DNA of 60,819 nucleotides, counting the filler, from Sphacelaria rigidula (lineage: Eukaryota): assembly GCA_964200075.2 (NCBI GenBank). It is 5 parts of 5 records of this genome, joined end to end, with 100 filler letters (N's around TTAATTAATTAA, not from the genome) between each part and the next. Parts side by side here need not be neighbours in the genome. Positions count along the whole stretch, not along the records: positions 36,556 to 48,637 come from CAXNAA020004143.1; positions 48,738 to 60,819 come from CAXNAA020004144.1; 3 more parts are not named here. One strand, given 5' to 3'. A program made the position numbers and the translations under genes. Under the pieces are notes generated by a model. The model did no database searches. It worked only from the letters and a program-made list of their open reading frames with translations, and had not been told where the DNA came from. Of the stretch, positions 39,071 to 50,637 are shown piece after piece (positions within the stretch are counted from its first letter, which is position 1; the number at the start of each line of letters is the position of its first letter).

Positions 39071-40324
39071 TTAACCCTGAAGCGTTTCGCTTAGACGCTC
39101 GAACATTATGTTGAACAGCCGCTTCCGTTCGGTTTTCCCGGTATTTATGGATTTTGGATCTGGACGTGAACACTCTGCTAGCCCAATCTCATGACGGTAT
39201 TTGTCGATGAGATGTTTGCATTGTGGTACTTCAACGGCTCGGTAGCTTAGGTCGGCTGCTGGGCCGTAGCCTTTGAGTCTTGACCGATATTTATAGTTAC
39301 GAAGATTTCTCCGACCTGGTCCTGGAGCTTGATCCACTACTTTTTCCACAGCATATCGTCCTATTTTGGGCAAACTTTCGTCTGGTTGGTCTATCTCTGG
39401 TAGAGGTATCCATTTGCCTAGGAACAACTCGCTCAAATGATCGAAATCTGGTGCTGGTGGTGATTCTCTGTGGTGATATTCCTTCAAGTGAGCGAGATGC
39501 ACTGAGACTTCCTTGGAGTCATCGCCTATGTGATTCTGTACAAAACCGGCAATCGTTTCTCGGTTATCGTGAAAGGTTCTCTCCATGATTATTTGAGTTT
39601 CGGGTTCGGTCCTTCTGAGTCCTGGTTTGGTCGGTAAAGGGGTACCTTTTGACCGGGTTTGAACACTGGGAACGGCTGCCATCTGTTGTTTTTGTTTTCC
39701 TGCTCATTCGCTTTTTCTCATAAAGCTTGTCTCGCAAGTTCAAATTCCAACCGTAAGTTTTCCCGTGTTTCTTCGGAAAATTCTCCGGTGTTGCTGCTTG
39801 GCTTTCCTCACGGATGCCGAGGATGATGTCAACTGGTAATCTGGGCTGTCTTCCGAACAATGAAAAGTACGATGTTTCCTCTACTGTATTATGATGGGAT
39901 ATGTTGCTCGCCATTTCGATGAACGGAAGCATGGATGCCCATTTTTTTTCCAACTGATATATGCATAGCTAACATCGCGTGCATAGTGGAGTGGACTCGT
40001 TCCGACACTGAATTACCTTGCGAGCGTAACGGTGTCGTGCGAGTCTAATTAAAACACAGTTTGATGCAGTGCATTTATTAGCTTGTTTTCAAATTCGGCT
40101 CCATGGTCGGAATGCAGCTTTTCCGGAATTCCAAATGTAGTAAACACTCCATTAATAAGAGTTTTGGCTATTGACGTGGCCTGTTTATTCGGCATCGGAA
40201 TGAGCAAAGCATACCTTGTGAGGTGGTCCATTACGGGCAGTACATATTTACATAGTACTCCAGCATTTGGCATCGAAGCTGTTTTGTATTCGATAGATTG
40301 CTCTGCTTTGCATCGCGCTTCCAA
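39071..40324 (-). pseudogene. Frameshifted retrotransposon integrase and chromodomain
   Basis: VMDHLTRYALLIP..FGIPEKLHSDHGAEFEN; NISHHNTVEETSYFSLFGRQPRLP; YAVEKVVD..YRSRLKGYGPAAD, spread across shifted frames. Confidence 0.85.
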
Positions 40325-41919
40325 TTTTCTTATTCTTTCTTACATTGGAATGGAAAAGGGACAGAAGAGACAGATGGCCCCGATGAAGAAGAAGAGCAAG
40401 TACGGCGTACAAGCAGAAATAGGGACGGAAAGAAAGTAAGGGCTATAGATTGACGATGACAATTCTTTCGCGCATCGCACCACGCAAAGTTCAGACATCA
40501 TCGTTCTAGTCCGAGTGACGTCTTTCCACGTGCGTAAGGGCGCGCAGTAAGGCGGAGCTGAGACCGGAGTCGTCGCTCGGCAAGTTCCCGCTAGGTTCTC
40601 CCCTACTATCCCTGGCCACTACTAGTAATTCCGTCTTGACGTACACGTACAACACCTGTCTCCCGGAATTCCATTGGGAATCAAACGAGGCAGACGTTCT
40701 AGTACTCGTGCCACTTCCCCTGGAAACGGAACTGCGTGACGTAGTGGGCGCCCACCCTGTTGAGATCCCGCGTGAAGGTCAGGCCCTCCTATGAATCGCG
40801 ATCACTTTCACTTGAAAAAATAGGACACAACTCAGAGCCAGCGCATAACCCAGGATACCGGGAGCCGAGTTTCAGATACATCTGATAAGAGACAATTATT
40901 GTGTAAATGATCCTCATGCCAATGCACTCGAACTATATCCCAATAACGTGCAATCGCTACCTTTCTCAAGTCGTCGAAGTGACCTTCACATGAAGAAATG
41001 CGTGCCGATTTCTGCTCTGTATTGGGCATCTCATGCTCACGCTTTCATGCATGTAAGTGCGGGGATAAATTGCCCATTCGGTTGTTGTTGAAAACTTTTG
41101 ATCTCGCTCGCGCGAAGTGTTCGAACGACGGAAACACGTGCTTGCACATGAGATGAGTCATCCTACGATAGGGGGGCGGGTATTTGGTTGCACGAAAAAC
41201 GAGGCTCACATGTGTGTCAGACATCCTTCCACACTTGCGTTACGCTTGTTTTTGGTTCCAAACGGTGTCAGGTAGTATGGATGAGCGTTTNNNNNNNNNT
41301 TCGAACAACCGTTGCTTCTTTCACCGACGATATGACTCGAAATTTCGACAAACAAATGGCCCAAAATACCCCCCCCCCTATCGTAGGATGACTCAGATAC
41401 ATACTACTGTTGCGGAGTCTGCCCATGTTTGTCCTCTGCATTTCAACACAAGATCGAATTTTGAAAATTTCGCAGCCTCGGAATGCAGGTGTCACAGCCT
41501 TGGGGGGCAGTATGTAGCAACAAGTTGATATATTGAAAACCATATTTGATATGTATGCATATCCCATAACCCTCGTTGACTGCTTCCGTCACAAACAAAG
41601 ATGCAGTTGCGGGAACCCAGTGTAGCGCATCACCAGGCGGCAAAACCCACCTTGTAGTGTCACGAAGTGTTCATGCGAAACAAACAGGTGGATGTACAGA
41701 TAGAGCACCCAGCTACTACAGCACTTCGCATATCTCATTACTGCACCTGTCCTTCATGCGGGTCTAGACTAAAATCCTATACTGCATCTGCACACAAGCC
41801 GTAAATTTCCGAGAACTATCTTGAAGTACCAAGTGGTAAAGTCTACTGCACGTCTGTTGGCACAAATTGATTTGTGGCATGCCTTTTGGCCTGGCACAAA
41901 AAACACGATCACTACTATT

Positions 41920-42442
41920 CTCTTATTTTCGCCTCCCACGACATCTTCACATATTGGTTGCAATCGACTAGCCTCTCCATGCTTGCTGCTTCATCGACGA
42001 CAAGCAAAACTACAGCACAAGGGGATTTGCTGCACAACAGTAGCACTACAGTAGTTTGTAAAGTTTCATAGCTGCCTTGCGGGATCGGATGATCAGCGGT
42101 ACGGTAGCTCCCTTGCGGGATTGAATGATCAATGCGTACGGTGAGGGCACTGCTGGTAGAAAGTGTGTACAACAGTACTTCCAATCTTTTCATGTACAGT
42201 AGTATAATATCAGACATACCGTCGTGGTCTTTGCTTATTTTCGCGCCTTACGACATCTTCACATATTGGTTGCGATCGACTCGCCTTTCCCTGCTTGCTG
42301 CTTCATCGATGACAAGCAAAACAACAGCACAAGGGGATTTGCTGCACAACAGTACCACTACAGTAGTATGTACAATTTCATAGCTGCCTTGCGGGATCGG
42401 ATGATCAGCGGTAAGATAGCTCCCTTGCGGGATTGGATGATA
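41920..42442. repeat. ~210-bp direct repeats with 312-bp period, inside the LTR element
   Basis: CGACATCTTCACATATTGGTTGC..CAGCACAAGGGGATTTGCTGCACAACAG..TAGCTGCCTTGCGGGATCGGATGATCAGCGGTA occurs twice. Confidence 0.8.
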
Positions 42443-44795
42443 CACCATCATTGTAATACAAGTACCGTTGTCTGCTGTCTGCATTGCGGTATCTGTATGT
42501 ACAGTAGGATTTAAAAACTTTTAATAACGCTTTAGGACTTCTGTGTTGTGTTCAGTGTAGTACTCTGTACTACTATGTATACTGTAGGACTTCTGTATTT
42601 TAACCATAGGGATTAAAGTATGTTCGACAGCCTCACCGCGAAACCGGTTCTCAACACAGCCACGGCGGAAGTGGCCACACAAGGCGTTATAGCTGGTTCA
42701 GACTGGATGAAGCGCCTCGCATGGACACTACTGGCAAAACCCCAAGCGTGGGAATAACCTTTACCCCGTTGTGTGTGTCTGCAGCTTTATTGCGGGGCAT
42801 CCATTTTATCCAACTAGCGACTGTACTGTGGTGGTGCTGTAATCTGGTGTGCTGGTATATCTCAGCAGACTGCTGAATGATGCTGCGTTTCAAAGATCGC
42901 TGGCGTCTGTCGCCGCATTGGATTGTTTCGCTGACGGCGGTCGTCGCCGGCGCAACAGTATGAAGTCTCTCTCAGATACTCAGCAAGAGGCGCTCGAAAT
43001 CTCGATGTCTAGTCCAAAGAAGTATGTTTTCAGCATGCTTTGTGACGTGTTCCGTAGCGCTTAGACGCAGGTCCTGCTCAAAAGATGCCGCACAATCAAT
43101 GACGGCGATTTTTCTGTTGTACTGCTCATCATCATGCTTGCGCTGCCGTGCACAAATTTCTGGGTTAGGGTTACATGGTCAAAACCGCTTGCGAATCCCG
43201 AGCCTTTTGGACAAAACAAATGAAATTTCGATGGTCAGTTGTACCTCACCCAAATGTTGAACCTCAAACACGAATCCAGACTGTTATACGTTGCGTCTGT
43301 TCGACGCATGCGCTATTTGTACTCTGCTTATTGCTGCTACGCTTCTGCTCTTGCTCATCTTGTACGTTGTTGACATCTACCCGAGACCTCTTACGTACTC
43401 TTCGTGGTTGTTCCACTATACTTTCAGAAAATGAAACTCTCCAATCTTACAACTCAGAGGTTTGACGATTCTGAGTCTTTTTGTTTTCCTCGACTTCATA
43501 CCGAAGGTTTACTACTTATGCTCCGTTCAGACGAGGGATTTTCCCTTGGGCGTCTTCATGGGTTGTACTTTTTGGCAAACTCTACGTAACTCTGCATGAG
43601 GCGACAGTCTGCCGTCTCGTGCGTGTTTTTGTACCTACAGGGTGCGTACTCGCAACGATTTGACTTCTTCGTTTTACCGCTGGTCTGCTTGTCGTTGTTC
43701 GTGCTTTTATCGTTACTGCCCCTGAAGCGTACACTTTTTACTTCTCCTCCCGCTCCACTTGTGCTCCTGTCCGGGCTGGTAGACCGTTCCTTTAATCGCT
43801 TTCAACTGTGACTAAAGATCCGTTAGGATTGCACCTTGATCGGCTATCATTTCTGCCAAGTGTGTGATCCCTTTGTCCTGAGGTAAAGTGAAGCCTAACG
43901 CTTGCATTATCCACGGAGCTGGCTCCGTTCCCTCCTTATCGCTCCTCTCCAAAGCTTTGTATGCTAGTTCTGCTGCCCGCTCTTTCATGACGGACTGTGG
44001 TGCTGGGGCTTGCGTAGAGGATGAGGACGAGGTTGAAGAATCGCGTAACACATGGAGCCGTCCCGTGGATGCTTGGCGAATATCCATGCTCCGTTCAGAA
44101 TCGTCAGAGTCGCCGCTGTCACCCTTCTCCTCGTGTTGATATGGTGGCTGGGTTGACACGGACGTTAGCCGACGCGGTTATAGCTGGCTGGACTGCGTCT
44201 CTTGACTTTGCAGCCTGTGCCGACGAGGCTCAAGTAGATGGGGTGACATATTTGGATTCACGTTTGATGGTTTTTGCGTTGTACTTCGCTTGAGTTGTTG
44301 TTGTTGTTGTGCTGGCCAGGTAGGTTCTCGTGTGGTTCCTGCCTTGTTGGTTTGACTTCTTGTGAGACGTTTTTATCGTGGCATGGGGTAATGTTACAGG
44401 ATGGATAATGACCCGGTATAGAAGACTATAGGGTAATGGGATTGCGGGTCTGCCAAACCAGTCTTCAGCCCAATGACGATTCATATAAGATAAAGACATG
44501 CTACCCACCTGCTACCGCGCACACGGTCAGAAGAAAGAACGACCTGAAACCATTCCTATCCGAGGGCAAAATTGATATATCGTCTCACGATAACTGAACT
44601 GCACTCCACCATTGCTGACCGCTGAATACGACACCACCCACCCTCCACTAGGGATCGACCTACATGCTACCCGCAGTGCTTATTGCGTGCCGTCTTGCTA
44701 CATCGACTCGTACGGGCAAGATATATCCGTGACATAGTCTCATTGTATCACTACTGTAGCCGTTGTAAACTATAATAGGGGGTCCTAGGATACCT

Positions 44796-45022
44796 TGCGT
44801 GGACAATGCACCCATCTAGTAGGCTACCTTTCAAGTCTAACCAATGCATAAGATTGTCCATGTAACATGGTGTCCAATCTGAGGATCGAACTCGGGTTTC
44901 CACAGGCACAATGTGGTGTACTTACGACTATACTAATTAGAGCCATGCTTTGCGTAGACAATGCACCCATCTAGAAGGCTACCCTTCACGTGTAAACAAT
45001 GCATAAGATTGTCTGTGTAACA
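44796..45022. repeat. Pair of 72-bp TG..CA direct repeats (44796-44867, 44951-45022) flanking the tRNA-like sequence
   Basis: TGCGTrGACAATGCACCCATCTAGwAGGCTACCyTTCAmGTsTAAmCAATGCATAAGATTGTCyrTGTAACA occurs twice, with 8 mismatches. Confidence 0.9.
44868..44943 (-). tRNA. tRNA-His(GTG)-like sequence with encoded CCA, probably degenerate
   Basis: G CTCTAAT TA GTAT AGTCGTAA GTAC A CCACA TT-GTG-CC TGTGG AAAC CCGAG TTCGATC CTCAG ATTGGAC A CCA is a 76-nt cloverleaf. Anticodon stem 5/5, D stem 4/4 (one G-U), T stem 4/5, acceptor 6/7, A73 discriminator. Confidence 0.75.
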
Positions 45023-45081
45023 GTAATGTTGTTTTCTTCTACTGACTGTCTTGCCTGAGTTCTTTTCTGGTGTCGCCAATA

Positions 45082-45442
45082 TGAGGAAGGCGTATCGCTA
45101 GGGTAGACAGAGACCTACGGGGGAGACTGTTTTTGGAGATGTCGCCCTGATGCCGAAGGAATTCCGATGCTGGCGATGATTTCCTCTTATGATTGTAGGC
45201 AAAAAGTGGATCAGACGTGAATGTGATCACCGTGGGGTGACCAGCTCCTCGGGGGATGCAGGGTCGTCCTGAGATCCGGCTCTTCCTGGCATCACCCCGA
45301 GTTGTCTAGTATCGTTGGCATTATGGGGTCTCGGTAATCTGGCTCTTTCGGACCGTTCCTAGCTTGTACGTTCATGCGCTGTTTCTTTATACATGTGTGG
45401 CATCAATCTCTGATATGTCACTACAAAGAGGTGTCTTCCACA
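45082..45442 (-). repeat. 5' LTR (361 bp)
   Basis: Direct repeat of 37723-38083. Followed on the - strand by TAT-TGGCGACACCAG (PBS). Confidence 0.92.
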
Positions 45443-45448
45443 CTTACA

Positions 45449-45800
45449 CTGTGTGTGTTGTCGTCCAATCTATTCTGGACGCCGGTCTACACCTTTCGGT
45501 ACATGTGGGCGCACCAGCCGGGGTCACACAGGAACATCAACACAGGAGTTTTTTTTTTTTATTTGATTGAGTGCTCCACCTTCCTTCTGCGGTGCTTGCC
45601 TTTGTTTTATATCGCGAGAGGGGTTCAGCGGTCCCTTTCCCTCGTCGACTATTCAGTCGTATTTTGTCTACCCACGACGAAGTCGCTCTCCACTGTTGAG
45701 CATCGTTTGAGAAAAAATGCGAGATCGCTCCGAGATTCGAACCCACGACCCAACCGTCAGACGATCTTGAGGTTACCAACTGAGCCACCGGGGCGACCGG
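45449..45800 (-). mobile_element. tRNA-derived SINE; a 3'-end copy also lies at ~6415-6515 in the COX17 intron
   Basis: The head has an A box (TGGCTCAGTTGG) and a B box (GGTTCGAATC) but no full cloverleaf. The 3' part (GACGC..GTCTACACCTT.CGGTA.ATGTGGGCG..GGGGTCACACAG) recurs at ~6446-6500. Short (CA)n tail. Confidence 0.7.
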
Positions 45801-48577
45801 TTATATGTATACACTGGCCGATCATTTTACACGGTAACCTATGCAGGTCGTTGATCCGATGCAAAGTTACCGGACACAACTTGCATAATTGTATGTAATC
45901 GAGGAAACCCGGAGTTTCCCAAGATATCTTTGCGTGAGCGAGACGTCGACAAGAGAATTGGCTAGGGTTTTTAACACCCAGCGTGGAGGATATGACGCGT
46001 TCAACAACAGCCCACTATGGAAGTTACTAGAAGCACATGCAAAATAGATCCCTAGAAATATCATTATTTCGAATATCCGCCACGATCCATTCAAGAGGGA
46101 CTCGATGCGCATCAACAGGGGGGTTGATGTGGAGGTGGTTACATTGTACGTGCGGAGTGATTACTTATATGGCATGTGAAGCGGTGACGAAGCCAGGACA
46201 GGAACAAGTCCAACCGTGGACTACTCAAGGCAACAGTTCTCAACGGTGCAAGAGCTCTACATAGCAAGAGTCACCGTTCAGCCCTGGGGGTCACAACTGA
46301 ATTCCAGTTGTCCGATACAGAACACAAGCTATTCTGTACCTTGTGCAGGTTAATTTCAAGAGCCTAACCCCCCGACTACGGTCAAATTTCTGCCTAAATA
46401 ACAAGGGAGAAAGTCATCATCTAGCCTCGACAGTTGCTACCGTCCACCATAAGTCACGCTAGTTTAACAAGTAGCCTTGAAAACTGACGAGCCAACAACG
46501 GTTTGTACACTTGGTCGGCCATGACTGTACACAGCGACTCATAGGTGGACACTTTGCCACACCCGCCTTGGAACATCTTCTGCAGGTAGGGACCCTCTGT
46601 CGACCCCCCAAAGGTCCAGAACCCCTGCGGCGACCCTCTACAGGCTAGGCCGCCTCAGAATCAGACTTTACCTCAGCCGGTTCTAACTGACGATTTATCG
46701 CGAGTTGTGCCTACTATGACACATGGTGGTAACCTTCAAATCAACGCGCGTCTTTCACTTCACGTAGCACTGCGATCTAACAAGTTGCAATTGAACGAAA
46801 TACCAAACTGTGGTCAGCTGCGAAGTGTAGAGAGTTGAGGGTGGCATGTGCGGCGGGATTAGACGGGGGAAACGGCTGAAAGCACATTTTCGGTTACAGT
46901 CGGTTGTGCCGCGGCCGCAACGTGATGGTGCTGCAAAAGTTGTGGTTGTACAGCAAAATATGTCGTACTGTAGGCACGCAGTGTCTGAGATGGCACGCAG
47001 ACGAGACCTCCAGCGCGCCAAGGCGTCTGGTAGTAGTGTGCGAACCGGTGCAATTGTAGGAAACGTCAAAGTTCCGGCTGAGGTTGTACTTTAAAAGCAA
47101 GTCAACCGGGTCTCAAGAGAAAAGCGCGGTCACGCTGGTCATTTTTGAGGTGTTTGCCATATTTTTTTTACACGATGTACATGAGGTATGTGCGAAGCCC
47201 CTGCCGTATATCCTTCATATTTTTTCTCTCCCCTCATCACCTGCTCGTGATCGAAGTTTCGGAACAATATATTTCGGTACAAAATCGTTGACAACTCATT
47301 GAAAAAAATCAAGAGACGACAATGGGGTGTTTGTAGATCCAGGTGCGTGGACTACGTCGACACGCTAGGCAGCACTAATGCGCCGGGGTATATCAATACA
47401 TGTATCAAGTTGACTCAACTCCTCGTATTAAAACATGAGGAGAGCTCCAGACAGGAGGGTCACTCAGGGCGAGTGATCCAGGGGAAAGGCACAGGTATTG
47501 ACTGTACTCCCCGGTTCCTATAGTCATCATCCATACAATTCCCTGGCTACTATCCGTAGATCGTTATCTCGTACCGAGTACCCCAAGCAGCCCCCCTAGT
47601 CGGAACGGGATAATGATCACGAACACTTTCAAGAACTGTCACGAATAAACAACAATCAATCGAACGTTAATCTTCTCCTTCATATCGATATTGAATCTCC
47701 CAGATATTTCAATTTCAATTCCAAACACTTTCTGGAAGATATCGAACACATTAAAACTAAAATCAGTTCCAAAACAATCAGCCCTCTTGAGAAAATATTT
47801 CATCAAATTTCACTTCATCTCAATAACTTCTTAATCCGCGCCGAATATAATTCCCCTGGGGAAAATATTCTCAACTCGAAAACAACAATTTATCAGAGAA
47901 ATAGTTCTCGCATTGACGTGCACCCTTGTGGTTGTGTGCCCATAGAATGTAAGTGTACCAGAATTCTCTTCGTGGGGAATGCGGCAATGTATCTTTAGAC
48001 AAAATTGTATTTCAACTATATTGACCGATTCTAACCAGGTTTCGGGAGCACATAAGCCTCAACGGTGATTCAGCGAAATATGTCAAAAACCCGTCGATCA
48101 ATACATCACGAAAAGCAAAGCAGTACGCGGCGAAGTAAAAACCTCAGCTTGTGAAGATCCAACGGAAAACCTTCCCCAATGTTCACATTCTATACTGAAC
48201 AATGTTTTCGTGAGATTGAGAATCTACGATACGACTGAGAGTAGGCTTTTATGGCTTTAAGCGGCGGGGAGTGTCTGCATCATTAATGGACAAAACGCTT
48301 ACCTCGCACATTGGTGCAAAATCCTGCCGGCAAATCTAACAGTGTTTCCGTGAAATCGAGCGTTGAAAGTACGATCGAGAGTGAGGTTTTATTCAAAACA
48401 TGTCTCGCTGCACCGGTTCCGATGATGAGACGAAAAGTTTTCATGTGTACCACGTTGGAACATTCCTGCCACCCGTTGCCTGAATGGAACGGCAGAATAA
48501 TGTTGGACAATGTTGCGCGCTGGCCCACAGGCGCGCATTTGTGAAAGAATGCACCGTTCAAGAGGTTTCCAAAGTAA

Positions 48578-48790
48578 ACAGTGTTTTCGTGAGATTGAGA
48601 GTAGATGATACGATTGAGAGTGAAAAGCGGTCAATCANNNNNNNNNNNNNNNNNNNNNNNNNNNNNNNNNNNNNNNNNNNNTTAATTAATTAANNNNNNN
48701 NNNNNNNNNNNNNNNNNNNNNNNNNNNNNNNNNNNNNCCGCTTTTCACTCTCAATCGTATCATCTACTCTCAGTCTCACGAAAACACTGT
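48578..48790. repeat. MITE TIR copies at the end of contig 4 (48578-48637) and the start of contig 5 (48738-48790)
   Basis: Same TIR as 380-667, in opposite orientations on either side of the linker. Confidence 0.75.
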
Positions 48791-49359
48791 TATGCATGAG
48801 AAAAATGTTTTGCGCTTATTGTTCGATTCGTAGACCATAGACTACAGGGTTTTGAGAACCTGTTTATACAGAATGGCGAGGTATATCGCCATGTTGCGCC
48901 ACATCCACACCGGCTAAAGTTGTGTAGCGCTGACGTGTAAATATACACTCGTATGTGGGACTTGAACAGCAGAGGCTGCTCGTAATTAAGTCTTTCCTTT
49001 GCCCAATTACAGGATGGATTGAGGGGCAAACTGAATAAGATTTGTTTCGAACAGCCTTCGCTTCACTAATTCCACCTACCAGTGTATATGGGATTGTTAC
49101 AGTCTGTGCTGTCCGAAATACGTCCTTTGCTTTATGCCCGACGTCGGGCATGAAGGGTTTATTTTGAACACCAGAGGTTGTCCGAATTGCGTTTTCCACA
49201 GTATGCGTGTGCCTTAAAAAATAATCCAAACGATTTCGACACCGACGCAGACCTTCGAGCAAGACCCCAACCTGGAGAACCTTCTAGAGGATTACAAATG
49301 CCCAATACCCTGTAGAGGAAGGGTTTCCTTTTTCGAAATCCTCTACAGGTAGCCGAATG

Positions 49360-49690
49360 GCCGCGTTTGCGGTGCTGCAACGGTACGACTGTCGCCGTTA
49401 GGGTGGAGAGAACGGAGGTTCGATTCCCGATGCGTTGGGGTCTTTTTTCGTCTTGTTGCCACCGTTAAAAGCGTGAGAACGTGAGTGAACAAAGTAGTCG
49501 ACAGGGTTTGTGTGACGTGAGCTGACGCGGTGCGAGAGTGCTGATCCAATCCGCGAGACCAAAATGAAAAGTACGTACCGGGAGGGAGATGGGTTGATCC
49601 CATGAGATCACGAACACATCCCGAGGAAGGGGAGGGGTTTAAAGTGCAGGAATGTATATATGTATGTGTATATCTATATGCATATTCTTA
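49360..49690 (+). mobile_element. Putative second SINE family
   Basis: B box GGTTCGATTCC at ~49417, a weak upstream A-box-like segment, and a TATG/TATA-rich tail at ~49652-49682. Confidence 0.35.
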
Positions 49691-50347
49691 GATGCTCAAT
49701 CTTTAACCAACAATGAACACATCGTACTCAACCACTGCAGTGCTTATCCATCCTTGAGCCCAACTCTTGCTGTGTGCTGCAGGGTTACGGTGTTGGCAGG
49801 GGATAAGTTGTGTGGGGTTTGCACGGTTCGATATATGCTGTGAAGGGCGAGTGATATCTAACGCCGTCTTCTACACTAAGCTGGCATGGTTCGATTCAAC
49901 CTGCTTTCATGTGTGAAGGAAGCACAATTGGTGTTGAGATCCATCACCGTGTGAGTCAGGGTATACAGTATGTCAACCATCGTCTATCAACAGGTCAGGA
50001 ATTTGAAAACTGCTGTTTGGACGCATACATGAGCAGTCGTGTATGGAATGTCAACACCGGAGACTGCCGAAACGTTCCTGTCCCCTCCAACTAATTTTAT
50101 TAGGAGGCAAGATGAGTTTTCGACGATCTCGACAGTTCGAGTGTCATACGCTGGCAACAGCATAGTATATCGGATCTGAACAGCGAAGGCTGCTCGCAAG
50201 TCCTCCTTTTGCCCCATTTTAGGTGAAAGTGGTGGCCACAACGAGGACTTTCGATAATCCTTTGCAGTACATCTCCCACATACTAGTTTATGGGATTCTA
50301 CAGCAGGGGCTGTGGAATCCTTATTTTTCCCTATTTGGTCTAAAACA

Positions 50348-50637
50348 AAATCCGAATTGGGCAAAACGAGGATATGTATAAAAACATGGCAGCGATTCAA
50401 ATCCTCGTTGTTCCCAATTTGGCATTTGAAAAAAACAGAAATACGAATTGGGGAAACGAGGATATGTATAAAAACATGGCAGCGATTCAAATCCCCGTTG
50501 TTCCCAATTTGGCATTTGAAAAAAACAGAAATCCAAATTAGGGAAACGAGGATATGTATAAAAACATGGCAGCGATTCAAACCCTCGTTGTTCCCAATTT
50601 GGCATTTGAAAAAAACAGAAATCCAAATTGGGAACGA
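50348..50637. repeat. 90-bp tandem repeat, ~3.2 copies
   Basis: Unit AAATCCrAATTrGGGAAACGAGGATATGTATAAAAACATGGCAGCGATTCAAATCCTCGTTGTTCCCAATTTGGCATTTGAAAAAAACAG. Confidence 0.9.

Larger units (their letters stand above)
37723..45442 (-). mobile_element. Two-LTR non-autonomous Ty3/Gypsy (chromodomain-type) retrotransposon with nested insertions
   Basis: 361-bp TG..CA LTRs at 37723-38083 and 45082-45442. PBS TGGCGACACCAG and PPT AAAAGGGGGGGGAG on the - strand. Decayed integrase and chromodomain at ~39070-40320, gag-like relic at ~42900-44160. Flanks CATA and CTTA. Confidence 0.9.

Noticed and set aside
45720-45800. Functional tRNA gene
   Set aside because: A and B boxes are present but the acceptor stem does not close, and the sequence continues into a dispersed repeat body. 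It is a SINE head.
50348-50637. CRISPR-like array
   Set aside because: Units are contiguous and near-identical with no unique spacers, the context is eukaryotic, and there are no cas genes.
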